A program made the translations under genes and the position numbers. The notes under the pieces are model-generated. The model searched no databases and was not told where the DNA came from. It saw only the letters and a list, made by a program, of their open reading frames with translations. Shown here one piece after another: positions 44,609-55,400 of a DNA stretch of 64,000 nt (its first letter is position 1; each line of letters begins with the position of its first letter). This DNA is from Nitrospirota bacterium. GTDB taxonomy: Bacteria > Nitrospirota > UBA9217. The stretch covers positions 320,001-384,000 of the forward strand of contig CAWCKW010000012.1 of NCBI GenBank assembly GCA_963796285.1. The letters are read 5' to 3'.

Positions 44609-45511
44609 TGAGACTTGTTCGATCTATGATCCGGTCCATTGTCCCGCCGGCCATTCTTCAGAAATACCGCTACCTGCGTGCGCGTGTGCTCAGTCTGGGA
44701 TTGAAGGGAGGCGGAAATCCATGTCTTGACTCCGGAAGAACGCAGGGCCAGCGCCCGTATCTCTGTGGTAGTTCCAATCCACGATGCCCCCGAGGTGACC
44801 GCCCGGTGCCTGCGCAGCCTGGAGAGAAACGGCGGTGACGCCGAGGTCATCCTGATCGACGACGGCTCAAAACTGGACCGAACACGGGAGGTGATTGATC
44901 AAGCCGTCGCCCGAAATAGCTGGGCACTGTCCCGTCATGCAACTGCCCGCGGCCACAGCCGTGCGTGTGAGCTGGGGGCGACAATGGCCCACCGGGAGTA
45001 TATTTGCTTTTTAAATTCGGACACCGTTGTGACTCCGTTCAGTTGGGCGGGTATGGTCAAGGCCCTCAAGGCAGATCCTCGAGTAGGTGTGGTGGGCCCC
45101 TCCACGAGCAATGCGAGCACACGCCAAATGATTCGGCGTGCTGAACTCTGCCACTTGTATTGGACAGATGAGCAGATCGATGAGTTTGCTTTCCGGCACA
45201 CTACCAAAAACCACGAGGCTGCCCCCGTGGACATGGAGTATGTGGGGGGGTTTGCTTTTATGGTGGCCCGATCTGCCTGGATAGAAAGCGGGGGATTTGA
45301 CCCGCGTCTTTCAAACTATGGCAACGAGGTCGACTTATGCCGGCGATTGAAGGAGCGAGGGTATCGGATACTTGTGGACGCGGTCAAGCTACATCCACCA
45401 CTTCGGAGAGAGCAGCTTTCTGCAGCATTTCACGTCCGAGGAACTGCGCCATCAGCGCGTAATGGCCACGTCGCTACATCAGCTCAAAGCCGGAATAAGC
45501 AGGCAGGATAA
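44605..45511 (+). CDS. GT2 glycosyltransferase, frameshifted
   Basis: 'ISVVVPIHD', 'LIDDGS', 'FLNSD', 'GGFD..YGNEVD', 'YIHHFGESSF'. Confidence 0.82.
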
Positions 45512-45862
45512 CCATGAATTTAAAATCAAAAGAAATCTCACACGAAGGCACCCTCGACAGAAAACATTCGAGGGCAGGCCCCGACACGAACCAACTAAGA
45601 CATATCTTCCAATATCGGCTTCAAGTGATAAATTACTTACGCTTGGCCGTTTTAGTGTGAGCGGTAATGATTCAGATTTAATACACAATTGTTTTCTTGC
45701 ACGTTATGATTTTTTATTGTCTTATTTTATAAAAAGGATTATTGCAATTAATAAGTAAATCTTTTAACATAAGCGTGCAACAGTGCAAATGCGGGGCGTG
45801 TATGCCTTGTCCCGCACACAGAGTACCCACACAACCGGGAATATCCTGAATTAAAGGAGCAC

Positions 45863-47092
45863 ATGAAGATAGCATTGGCATCGGCGGAATATCCCCCTGA
45901 AACAGGCTTCGGCGGGCTCGGGAGCTATGTCTATAAGCTGGCCCACAGCCTTACGGCCCTCGGTCATGACGTCACGGTGGTTTCCAGCGCGCTGAAGGAA
46001 ACGGACGTGGCGACCCGGAAAGACGGCCGGGTGACTGTTTATCGCATTCCGAAACCGCGCTACTCCCTGAAGGGGTTCGGTCGTTCGATCAATAATATAA
46101 TTTATAGTTTCAGGCTGCACCGGGTCCTGAAACGACTGGTTCGCGAAAAGGGAATAGAGGTCATCCAGTTTCCGGAATATCTGGGTGAGGCACTGTTTCA
46201 CAGCGTCCTGGGCCGGACCCCGTATGTTATCCGGTTTTCGACGCCCCGCTGGATGGTGGACGAATTGAACGAGGGACAGTCCCTAAAGGCTGGGCCGCGG
46301 GCCATGATCAATCATTTGATTGATATCTGGACTGAAAATACGCCGCCGCGCCGGGGCCGGGCATTCATCTTCCCCAGCCGGGACCTTATGGGCATCATGG
46401 AGCGCCGGATCGGACTGAAGGGTATTAAACGGGTGATCTATCCGGGTGTGGATGTGGAAAGGTTCAGGCCCGGTATTGATCCAGACCTGCGCCGAAAATA
46501 CGGGGTGGATGGTTCGCTCGTCGTGCTCTATGTCGGAAGGCTGGAATTCAGGAAGGGCGTCCATATTCTGGCTGAAGCGGCGTCCCGAATTGCTGATCGG
46601 TTCCCCCAGGTGCAATTTGTCTTTGTCGGATCCGATACAAAGTCCGCACTGGCCGGGGGCTCGATGCGCACCTACACCGAGCAGATCTTTCGGAACAACG
46701 GGAACGGGAAGGCGTTAAAAATCATCGATTGGGTGGGACATCAGGATATTGCCGGCATTTACGGGCTGGGGGATATCCTCGTTGTCCCGTCTCTCTACGA
46801 AAATCTCGCCAATGTCCTGCTGGAAGGTATGGCGGCCGGATTACCCATAATCACCACATCGAGCGGTGGATCGGCTGAGGTTGTAGTCCATGGGACCAAT
46901 GGGCTCGTGGTGCCGCCGGGAGATCCAGAGGCCCTGGCGGGAGCGTTATCGGACCTCTTGACGGATTCTGAAACACGGGACCGATTTTCCAGAAATAACC
47001 GGGAAAAGGCCCTGAAAGATCTGAGTCTCAGTCGGATGGCCCGTGAGTCTCTGGAAGTTTACACACAACTGTTGGGAACGAAAAGTCCTTGA
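45863..47092 (+). CDS. GT4 glycosyltransferase
   Basis: 'EYPPETGFGGLG', 'YVGRLEFRKG', 'VPSLYENLANVLLEGMAAGLP'. Confidence 0.93.
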   Translation: MKIALASAEYPPETGFGGLGSYVYKLAHSLTALGHDVTVVSSALKETDVATRKDGRVTVYRIPKPRYSLKGFGRSINNIIYSFRLHRVLKRLVREKGIEVIQFPEYLGEALFHSVLGRTPYVIRFSTPRWMVDELNEGQSLKAGPRAMINHLIDIWTENTPPRRGRAFIFPSRDLMGIMERRIGLKGIKRVIYPGVDVERFRPGIDPDLRRKYGVDGSLVVLYVGRLEFRKGVHILAEAASRIADRFPQVQFVFVGSDTKSALAGGSMRTYTEQIFRNNGNGKALKIIDWVGHQDIAGIYGLGDILVVPSLYENLANVLLEGMAAGLPIITTSSGGSAEVVVHGTNGLVVPPGDPEALAGALSDLLTDSETRDRFSRNNREKALKDLSLSRMARESLEVYTQLLGTKSP

Positions 47093-47293
47093 TGGTTTGT
47101 TTACTAACTAAGCGATCAAATTTTCTCAAAATGGAAACAAAATTCAGCCACGAAAACTCAAAGACTCAAAGAAAACACCATGAATTATGGACTTAATACG
47201 TCACTAACCCCTGTAAGATTTCTTTGTACCTGCGTGTCTTCGTGCTAAATTTAGCTTCCGGCTTGTCCCGGTTAGGGGTTGGGGGGGAGTGAA

Positions 47294-47629
47294 ATGCCGA
47301 GAGTAACATTTTTGCCGGAAGGTAAAAGCGGTGAGGTTCCGGAGGGTATCAGCCTCCTTGAGGCTGCCGGAGTGTTGGGAGTGGAGTTAAACCAGGAGTG
47401 CGGCGGTGTTTCTTCCTGTAGTACCTGTCGAGTCAAGATCGCTGAAGGTAGCGGCACAACATCCGTTCTCTCGGAAATAGAGATCGATGAACGAGAAGTC
47501 CTCGATCGTGAGCAGCTGGATGGAAATTATCGGTTGGCCTGTCAGGCAAAGGTGAGAGGGGATGTTGTGGTCGTGGTCCCTCCTCCGGTCAAGCCGCTGG
47601 CAGATAAAGCCCTTCCCGGGTCGAAATAA
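47294..47629 (+). CDS. [2Fe-2S] ferredoxin
   Basis: 'ECGGVSSCSTC...RLACQ'. Confidence 0.92.
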   Translation: MPRVTFLPEGKSGEVPEGISLLEAAGVLGVELNQECGGVSSCSTCRVKIAEGSGTTSVLSEIEIDEREVLDREQLDGNYRLACQAKVRGDVVVVVPPPVKPLADKALPGSK

Positions 47630-47815
47630 TTCATGTGATGCAAAGAATGATGAATTCGTAAAAAATTCAAGATTTGCCGCAAGATGCACAAAAACACAAA
47701 GGTAATGTCTACAAGACTGAAATTTTATCTGAGCCCTTTGTGACTTATGTGGCTAAAAATGACTTTTTACGAGATTATCATGAATACACGTATGGAGTAA
47801 ACGGAGGTTATTTGA

Positions 47816-48943
47816 ATGGATTCTGTCTGGATCAGAAGGATTGTCAACCTGCCACAACAAATAAAGGAGAGGGGTCTGGGACGCTACGCGAGTCATGTTG
47901 TCCGGCGGCTCGGCGAGGAACTGGCGCAGAACACCAATTTTACCCATGTCTTCGTCAAACCGAGCGTGGCGCATATCGAGCCGACCACCCGGTGCAATCT
48001 CAAGTGCATACATTGCGACCATACCTATTGGGACCGGACATGCCCCGACCTGACCTACGAAGGTTTCCGGCGGATCATCGATCAGATGCCCCACTTGGAC
48101 CGCGTGATCATGCACGGAATGGGGGAGCCGCTGCTCAACAAGGACATTTACCGGATGGTCGAGTATGCCTCGAAAGAACGAAAACTCAAGACGATCATGA
48201 GCAGCAACGGCATGCCGCTCGACGAGGCGAGCGCCCGGAAGTTGATCGCCAACGGTCTGCAGGTCCTGTCCCTTTCGGTGGACGGCGCGACCAGGGAGAC
48301 CTACGAGAAGATCCGGGTCCGCGGTAATTTCGACCGCTTGGTCCGGAATATCAGGCGCCTCATCGAACTCAAAAAGGAGATGAATTCCGAGACGCCCTGG
48401 ACCTACTTATCGATGGTTTGCATGAAGGACAACATCCATGAGTTTTTAAAACTGATCGAACTGGCGAAGGAGTTGGGCGTGGCCGCGGTCCAGCCCCAAT
48501 ACATGCATTTCTGGGGAAAGGACCAGGAAACAGTGGTCAGCGTCAAGGGTGTCAATATCAAGGATGAAATTCATGGGAAACAAAATCTATTCGACAACAT
48601 ACCCCGGGATGAGATGGCGGAGATCAGGCGGATGTCCAACGAAAAGGCGGCGGAACTGGGAGTCCAGTTGATCCGGCCGTTTTTCGAGTGGGAGGCAAGC
48701 GATCACACGCTTTGTCATGTGCCATGGGTTGACATTTATATTACCGCCGACGGATATGCCATCCCCTGTCCGATACAGGGGACCGACCCCCGTCTGGTAA
48801 ATTTCGGTAACCTTTTCGAAAAGTCATTCGACGAGATCTGGAACGGGGACCTCTACAAGGACTTCCGGCGACGGCTGGTATCCGACGACCCGTCGCCGAT
48901 CTGCAGGGACTGTGTCTATCGCAAACGCAGATGGACGGTTTGA
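47816..48943 (+). CDS. Radical SAM protein with SPASM/twitch domain
   Basis: 'CNLKCIHC', 'GMGEPLL', 'SVDG', C-terminal 'CHVPW..ITADG..PC...FGNL...IWNG...CRDC'. Confidence 0.93.
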   Translation: MDSVWIRRIVNLPQQIKERGLGRYASHVVRRLGEELAQNTNFTHVFVKPSVAHIEPTTRCNLKCIHCDHTYWDRTCPDLTYEGFRRIIDQMPHLDRVIMHGMGEPLLNKDIYRMVEYASKERKLKTIMSSNGMPLDEASARKLIANGLQVLSLSVDGATRETYEKIRVRGNFDRLVRNIRRLIELKKEMNSETPWTYLSMVCMKDNIHEFLKLIELAKELGVAAVQPQYMHFWGKDQETVVSVKGVNIKDEIHGKQNLFDNIPRDEMAEIRRMSNEKAAELGVQLIRPFFEWEASDHTLCHVPWVDIYITADGYAIPCPIQGTDPRLVNFGNLFEKSFDEIWNGDLYKDFRRRLVSDDPSPICRDCVYRKRRWTV

Positions 48944-48967
48944 GAATAGGGAAAGGATAACCTGGTA

Positions 48968-50506
48968 ATGCAGTCTCTTACGGCTATTAAAAACATCCTG
49001 TTCAGCCTTGCAAATAATATGATAGGCCTGCTGAGCGGTGTGGTCCTGTCCGTCATTATTGCCCGCTACCTGGGACCGAAAAATCTTGGCGCCTATCACC
49101 TCGTGCTCTGGGCGATCAGCATCGCCGTGCTGTTCGTGAATCTCGGCATTGCGATGAGCCTCCAAAAGCACGTGGCGGAATTCCAGGGCCGGAACGATCG
49201 CCGGTCCATCGCGGGTCTGATCAACTTCCTGATACGGATACGTGTCACCGTCGCGCTGGCGGTGACCTCGGTCCTGATCATTTTTTCCGGCGCTATCGCA
49301 GGTTATTTCAATTTGCCGGATGCGCGGCAGTATATCATATGGTCCGCGATTTCGATCCTTCCTTCAGCCCTTGGCGAGATATTCAGCGCGAGCCTGATCG
49401 GGATCCAGAAGTATCATTATTCAACGGTGATCAACCTCGTCGTGACACCGCTGTCGTTTGTTCTGTCGCTGTCGGCCCTGCTCGCGGGATACGGCATTAT
49501 CGGGCTGCTGGTCGTGACCGCGTTTATCAGCGTCATCGGCGTCATGGTCAACTATTGGGCCGCCAGACGCGAAGGCCTGCTGGATTGGTCGGCCCGGCTG
49601 CCCCGCGATGTGCGGTCCGGAATCGCACGGTTCAATCTCGGGGTAATAGCCATGAACTTTCTGGATGCCATCGTCTGGCAGCGTTCGGAAGTTTTCTTTC
49701 TGGGAAAGTTCCGGACTGTGCAGGAGGTGGGTTTTTATTCGCTGGCATTTGGTTTTACCACCACTACGGTCTCCTTTTTTGCCAGCGCGATAATCAATGT
49801 GCTCATCCCGATCCATTCAAAGGCCTTTGGTGCTCAGGATCCTGGCGCCATGCAGAAGATTTATCAGAAGTCGATACAATACATCGCGATGGTTTCCCTT
49901 CCCGTGGCGATCGGCGGCGCTGTGCTGGCCGATCGGTTAGTCCTCAAATTGTACGGCGCTGAATACCTGCCGGTCGCGGCGGCCATGTCGATACTCTTCC
50001 TTGCGTCGGCGGGCGGCCGGATCGGGGGCGCCTTCGCCAGCGTCATGTACAGCGCGAACATGGTGCGTATAAAAATTTATACCGCCATTATCTGGGCCAC
50101 CATCAATATTACCCTCGACCTGTTGTTGATCCCCCGTTATGGCGTGATGGGTGCGGTAATCGCCAACAGCGCCACGCAGTTAATGGGAGTATGCACCGGA
50201 CCGTTCATCATCTATTATCTTTTCCGTTTTGTTTTTCCCATCGCTGTGTTTTTAAGGGTTCTGGCCGGCGCCCTGACAATGGGCGGAGTTGTATGGCTGC
50301 TGAAGGATCTGTTTCCCGGCACGGCCGGACTGATCGCCCTTGTCGCGATCGGAGCAGTGATCTACCTCTTTGCGGTGCTCCTGTTCCGCGCGGTCTCAAC
50401 GGAAGATATCGATGTATTGAAGCGGGGCAACAAACGCCTACCGGGATTCCTCCAAGGTACCTACAGCGCCATAATGAATCTGGCGTCCCGCGTGGCGGCC
50501 CGATGA
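48968..50506 (+). CDS. wzx: Wzx/MATE-family oligosaccharide flippase
   Basis: 12-14 TM segments; 'IIARYLGP..LG', 'EVGFYSLA', 'LLLIPRYGVMGA'. Confidence 0.88.
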   Translation: MQSLTAIKNILFSLANNMIGLLSGVVLSVIIARYLGPKNLGAYHLVLWAISIAVLFVNLGIAMSLQKHVAEFQGRNDRRSIAGLINFLIRIRVTVALAVTSVLIIFSGAIAGYFNLPDARQYIIWSAISILPSALGEIFSASLIGIQKYHYSTVINLVVTPLSFVLSLSALLAGYGIIGLLVVTAFISVIGVMVNYWAARREGLLDWSARLPRDVRSGIARFNLGVIAMNFLDAIVWQRSEVFFLGKFRTVQEVGFYSLAFGFTTTTVSFFASAIINVLIPIHSKAFGAQDPGAMQKIYQKSIQYIAMVSLPVAIGGAVLADRLVLKLYGAEYLPVAAAMSILFLASAGGRIGGAFASVMYSANMVRIKIYTAIIWATINITLDLLLIPRYGVMGAVIANSATQLMGVCTGPFIIYYLFRFVFPIAVFLRVLAGALTMGGVVWLLKDLFPGTAGLIALVAIGAVIYLFAVLLFRAVSTEDIDVLKRGNKRLPGFLQGTYSAIMNLASRVAAR

Positions 50507-50567
50507 AAGACCCGGCACGTCAGGGTCGATACGCAGGTAGTCAGACGCAGTCAGATCCTTTTTGATA

Positions 50568-51542
50568 ATGATGACCAAGACCGACATCAGCATAGTCCTC
50601 TGTACTTATAACAGGGCATCAAGCCTGGCGGCAGTCCTTGAATCACTCGCCGAGCTCAAGACGGCGGATGGTCTGTCACATGAGATTCTAGTTGTGGACA
50701 ACAACTCGAGCGACAACACGCCGGACGTGATCGAGTCCGTGAGGGCTGTGCATCCCGCTCTGATCCGGCATGTGTTCGAGTCCCGGCAGGGTCTGTCCTG
50801 GGCGCGCAACAGGGGAATAGAAGAGGCCGGGGGAAGATTGATCGCCTTTACCGATGACGACATTGTCGCAGACCGGAACTGGCTGAGCGAAATTTCCCGG
50901 GCTTTGGTCACGTATCCGCACGTCGGGTTTGGAGGCCGGATCCTGCCGACATGGGATTTTACCCCGCCATCATGGTTCATTGACAGCGGGTCGTTCAGCA
51001 TGATGAAAGGGGGTATAATTGTCAGGCATGACCTTGGAGACAAGCCGCTTGAATACACGATGGATCAGCAGCCTCTGGTGGGGGCGAACATGGCGTTTCG
51101 CCGCGAGGTATTCGAACGTCACGGGCTTTTCCGGACCGATCTTGGAAAGACCGGGAAGCGCGTTTTATTCTGCGAGGACTTCGAGTTTTGCAGGCGTCTG
51201 ATCCGGGCCGGAGAGAAACTTCTGTATCTTCCCAGGGCAATCATCTATCACCCGGTCGATAAAGCGAGGATGACGAAAAACAACATCACGAACTCGTATT
51301 TTAATATCGGCCGGTCGTTCGGCCGGTGCAGCAATTATCCCGAGGACGCGGTCCGCTGGTTCGGAGTGCCGCGTCATTTCTTCAGAAAGTTCATCGGGCA
51401 GCTCATAAGGTATGTGGTAAGGCTGGGCTGCGGTCAATTTCCGAAGGCGTTCTACCATAAGCTGGAGAGCTACTGGTATCTTGGCCAGATCGTTGAGATG
51501 TTTCGTTTTCCTTTTTTCCAGAGGGGCGCTGGTAATCGTTAA
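50568..51542 (+). CDS. GT2 glycosyltransferase
   Basis: 'SIVLCTYNR', 'VVDNNSSDNT', 'GLSWARNRG', 'FTDDD', 'GANMAFR'. Confidence 0.93.
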   Translation: MMTKTDISIVLCTYNRASSLAAVLESLAELKTADGLSHEILVVDNNSSDNTPDVIESVRAVHPALIRHVFESRQGLSWARNRGIEEAGGRLIAFTDDDIVADRNWLSEISRALVTYPHVGFGGRILPTWDFTPPSWFIDSGSFSMMKGGIIVRHDLGDKPLEYTMDQQPLVGANMAFRREVFERHGLFRTDLGKTGKRVLFCEDFEFCRRLIRAGEKLLYLPRAIIYHPVDKARMTKNNITNSYFNIGRSFGRCSNYPEDAVRWFGVPRHFFRKFIGQLIRYVVRLGCGQFPKAFYHKLESYWYLGQIVEMFRFPFFQRGAGNR

Positions 51543-51765
51543 AACAACCACGGGGTAACTACAGGGAAGAAGACATTTGGCAGGATTTGGCAGGTCTTAA
51601 TCCCGGCATTTATATTGAAAAATATCTCACTACCCGGAAGGAAACGGTAAAGGAAATCAGTAGCATAAATTGAATTCAAGACTTGAATTATTTCTTTTCT
51701 CATTCTGCGGACATATATTATGGTTATAATTAAATTTCCTCTACGAAGGCGGGCATAGATATATT

Positions 51766-52431
51766 ATGAATAAACAGCTTTATACATCCGGTGAATATGT
51801 TACTCACTTTCAGCCGGATACTGATAAGAATCCATTCCGGGAAATTTATTCCGAGAAACGGGACTACCTGCTTCGCCGGATTCCCGGAAAAAACCTTCGC
51901 ATCCTCGATCTCGGCGGCGGTATGGGCAGGCTTACTATTCCACTCTCAAGCAAGCACCGGGTTACCCTTGCCGATCTTTCAATGGGAATGCTCCAACTGG
52001 CCGGTGAAAACGGGACCGGATTTGATCGCGTCAACTGCGACGCGGAGGAATTGTGTTTCAAGAATGAAAGCTTTGACTGTGTATTGAATATCGACCTGGT
52101 CCCTCACTTGGCCAGTCCAGCCAGGATGCTGTCCGAGATTCGTCGAGTGCTGAAGCCCGGCGGGATGCTTTTTATCGATGCAACCAACAGCAATCCACTC
52201 TGGGTCCTGAAGTATCCTAGTTACGTAAATCCGTTGCGGAGGCCGGTGCGATGGCTTCGCACCGTTATGGGCGACGGGATCCCGCCCGAATGGCAGGGAA
52301 AGATACATCATCTTTCCAGGAGGCGTTTTGAGCATCTGCTGGATCAGGCCGGTTTTTCTGTTTTGGAGTGGGCTTCTTTTGGTCCATTTTGGTGCCCTAA
52401 ATGGTTTCTTGCGGTCTGTACGATGCGATAA
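51766..52431 (+). CDS. Class I SAM-dependent methyltransferase
   Basis: 'ILDLGGGMG', 'ADLS', 'DAEEL.F..ESFD', 'EIRRVLKPGG'. Confidence 0.9.
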   Translation: MNKQLYTSGEYVTHFQPDTDKNPFREIYSEKRDYLLRRIPGKNLRILDLGGGMGRLTIPLSSKHRVTLADLSMGMLQLAGENGTGFDRVNCDAEELCFKNESFDCVLNIDLVPHLASPARMLSEIRRVLKPGGMLFIDATNSNPLWVLKYPSYVNPLRRPVRWLRTVMGDGIPPEWQGKIHHLSRRRFEHLLDQAGFSVLEWASFGPFWCPKWFLAVCTMR

Positions 52432-52448
52432 TGCAGTAAGGAGAATCG

Positions 52449-55400
52449 ATGGAGATGACGGACAGAAGGGACAGGTACGGGTCCTCGATAAAATATTTCG
52501 TGTTCCTCGCGGTGGCGTTAACGATACCGTATCTGTTGCCGACGAACTGCTGGCCGGTTTCGGAACCGATACAGAAGCACTCGCCTGTTAAGAGTCGTCG
52601 TGTGGACGGCGAGATCCTGGTGCGATTCAAAACCGGAGTCGGTCAGGCAGCGGCCGGGGCCATATTATCACGATACGGTTTTACGAGCATCAAAAGATAT
52701 AAGCGAGTTTCAAACCTGTATCACGTTCGTATACCCTCGGTCCTTACGGCCGATGCCGCCATCGATCTATTGCAGTCCGATCCAGATGTTGAGTACGCCG
52801 AGCCTAATTACCTCATGGAGGGCGATTCTGCCTGCAGCAGCTCGCCATGCACGCCGAATGATACATTATATTCTGACCCCGGCAATTGGGGATTTGCCAA
52901 TATCGGTGCGCCGCAGGCCTGGACGGTTACAACAGGTGATAGCAGTTTGGTCGTGGCAGTGATAGATAGCGGGATTGATTATAACCATCCTGATCTGGCC
53001 AATAATAAATGGACCAACCAGGCTGAAGCATCAGGAACTCCTGCCTTTTATGGATATAATGCTGTTGCGGATATCGGTTCTGGAGGTCTTTGCCCACCAC
53101 CGGCCAGCAGTTTTCCTATCGATGATGATACTTCGGTACTGGGCCATGGAACTCGTCTTGCCGGGATTATAGGTGCGGTTGGAAATAACAGCACCGGTAT
53201 TGCTGGGGTGAATTGGAATGTCAAACTGATGCCGATTAAGGTTCGTTGCGAACCCGATCGGCAATCAAATCTCGCTCTTTTTATTGCCGGAATGGACTAT
53301 ATGCTGACCGAGAAGCAAGCTGGTGTCAATATCCGTGTGGCCAATATGAGTGTCGGCGTCTCAACCTATAGCCAATCTCTTCAGAATATACTCGACGCGG
53401 CTCGTGATGCTGGCATTCTCTTAGTAGCCTCTGCCGGTAATTCGAGCACTAACCTTGATTTAGATTCGACCGATTTCCATTCGTATCCGTATGACAACGT
53501 GCTCTTTGTTGCGGCGACCGACCAGACCAATGCGCTTGCCGGATTTTCGGACTACGGTCAGGTCGATATCCACCTCGCCGCTCCTGGCGCCGGGATCCTC
53601 AGCACGGTGCGCAGCGTCTATACGCCGCTGTACCAGACAGATGACGGGACCTCGTACTCCACGCCGTTTGTTACCGGTGTTGCGGCGCTTCTGTCGGCCT
53701 ATGATCCGACCATTTCATACACCGGATTGAAGGCGCATATTATCAGCGCAACGACGCGGGAGGATGCGCTGGTGGGAAAGGTCGCCTCCGGTGGGCGGCT
53801 CAATGTCGCTGATGTCTTCAGCGCGCCGATCACTGATCTGAGGCCGGCAGGCTATCAGTTGGCACGCATCGAGGTAAACCATAAATATTATACAGATAGT
53901 TCGTTTACCATTACCAGCATTCCTCAAGGGTTCGACAGGCTCTGGTGGGTGAGGACGAAGAATGCCGACAATGCCAACACGGATGCGAACCATATCAATA
54001 TCGGTCTGGGCCGGGACGCCACCGTCTATGTGGCATACGACCCAAGAGCAATTTCGATCCCTGACTGGCTCAGCTCCGGCCACGGCTGGACGGATACGGG
54101 TCTCAGTATCGGCGTCTCGGATTCCGGAGCGGGCTCACTTCGGATTTATGGCAAGCCGTTTAGTAGCGGTATGGTGGTTTTGGGAGGCAATCAGGCGGCC
54201 GGTTATGTGGGACCGACCTCTGGTTCTAGTTCAAACTATGTCGTCCTCATCAGTCTCACCGGCGATACGCCGCCTTCAACCCCGGGAAACTTGCAGGCTA
54301 CAGCGGTATCTTTATCCGCAATCAATCTTTCCTGGACGGCCTCGACCGATTATACGGGTGTTGCGGGGTATACTGTTTATCGGGGAGCGGTCCCGGTTGC
54401 AACCACGCCGACCACTGGATATACGGATACTGGTCTTACTGCTTCAACGATATATACGTATAAAGTAAGCGCCTTTGATTCGGCAGGCGACGTTTCTCCT
54501 CTTTCAGACCCGGCCTCTGCTATGACCTTCTCAGATACCACACCGCCTTCCGTGCCGACCAACGTTCAGGCTGCGGTCATATCGTTCTCACAAATCGATC
54601 TTTCCTGGACGGCCTCGACAGATAATGTGGGTGTTGCGGGGTATACTGTTTACCGGGGAGGGGTCCAGGTTGCAACCACGCCGACCACTGGATATACGGA
54701 TAGCCGTCTTACTGCTTCAACGATGTATACGTATAAAGTAAGAGCCTTTGATTCGGCAGGCAACGTTTCTCCTCTGTCAGACCCGGTGTCTGCCGTGACC
54801 CTGACCCTCCCCTTAGATACCACACCGCCTTCCGTGCCGACCAACGTTCAGGCTGCGGTCATATCGTTCTCACAAATCGATCTTTCCTGGACGGCCTCGA
54901 CAGATAATGTGGGTGTTGCGGGGTATACTGTTTACCGGGGAGGGGTCCAGGTTGCAACCACGCCGACCACTGGATATACGGATAGCGGTCTTACTGCTTC
55001 AACGATGTATACGTATGAGGTGAGCGCCTATGATACGACAGGCAATGTATCTCCATTATCAGCCCCGGTCTCTGCGACGACTGGTACGGGCCTTCAATCG
55101 ACTGCGAATAACCCACCCTTTGCTCCAACCCTGGTATACCCAACAGACGGTCAGACAGGGTTAGGGACAACGGTGACATTCCAATGGAAGACATCCGCAG
55201 ACCCCGACGGAGATACGGTGACGTACCATCTGTATTACTGTCCAGATAAGAATTTCATCGGATGCAATCCCGTAGATGTGGCGTTGCTTGAGCCCAAGAA
55301 TAGTTACTACGCAGGCATGGGGGGCTCTGCTGTGCTTTTGGTATTCGGCAGCATCTGCGCAAGAGGCCTAAAACGCAGAAAGGCGCTGGCGTTGTTCCTT

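Noticed and set aside
47674-48327. Overlapping alternative-frame ORFs (also 49339-49962, 19208-19870, 6497-7324, 4465-5268)
   Set aside because: They overlap well-supported genes and have no protein-family features.
47816-48943. Radical SAM/SPASM protein as a RiPP maturase
   Set aside because: No precursor peptide or RRE/PqqD domain is apparent; the context is glycan biosynthesis.
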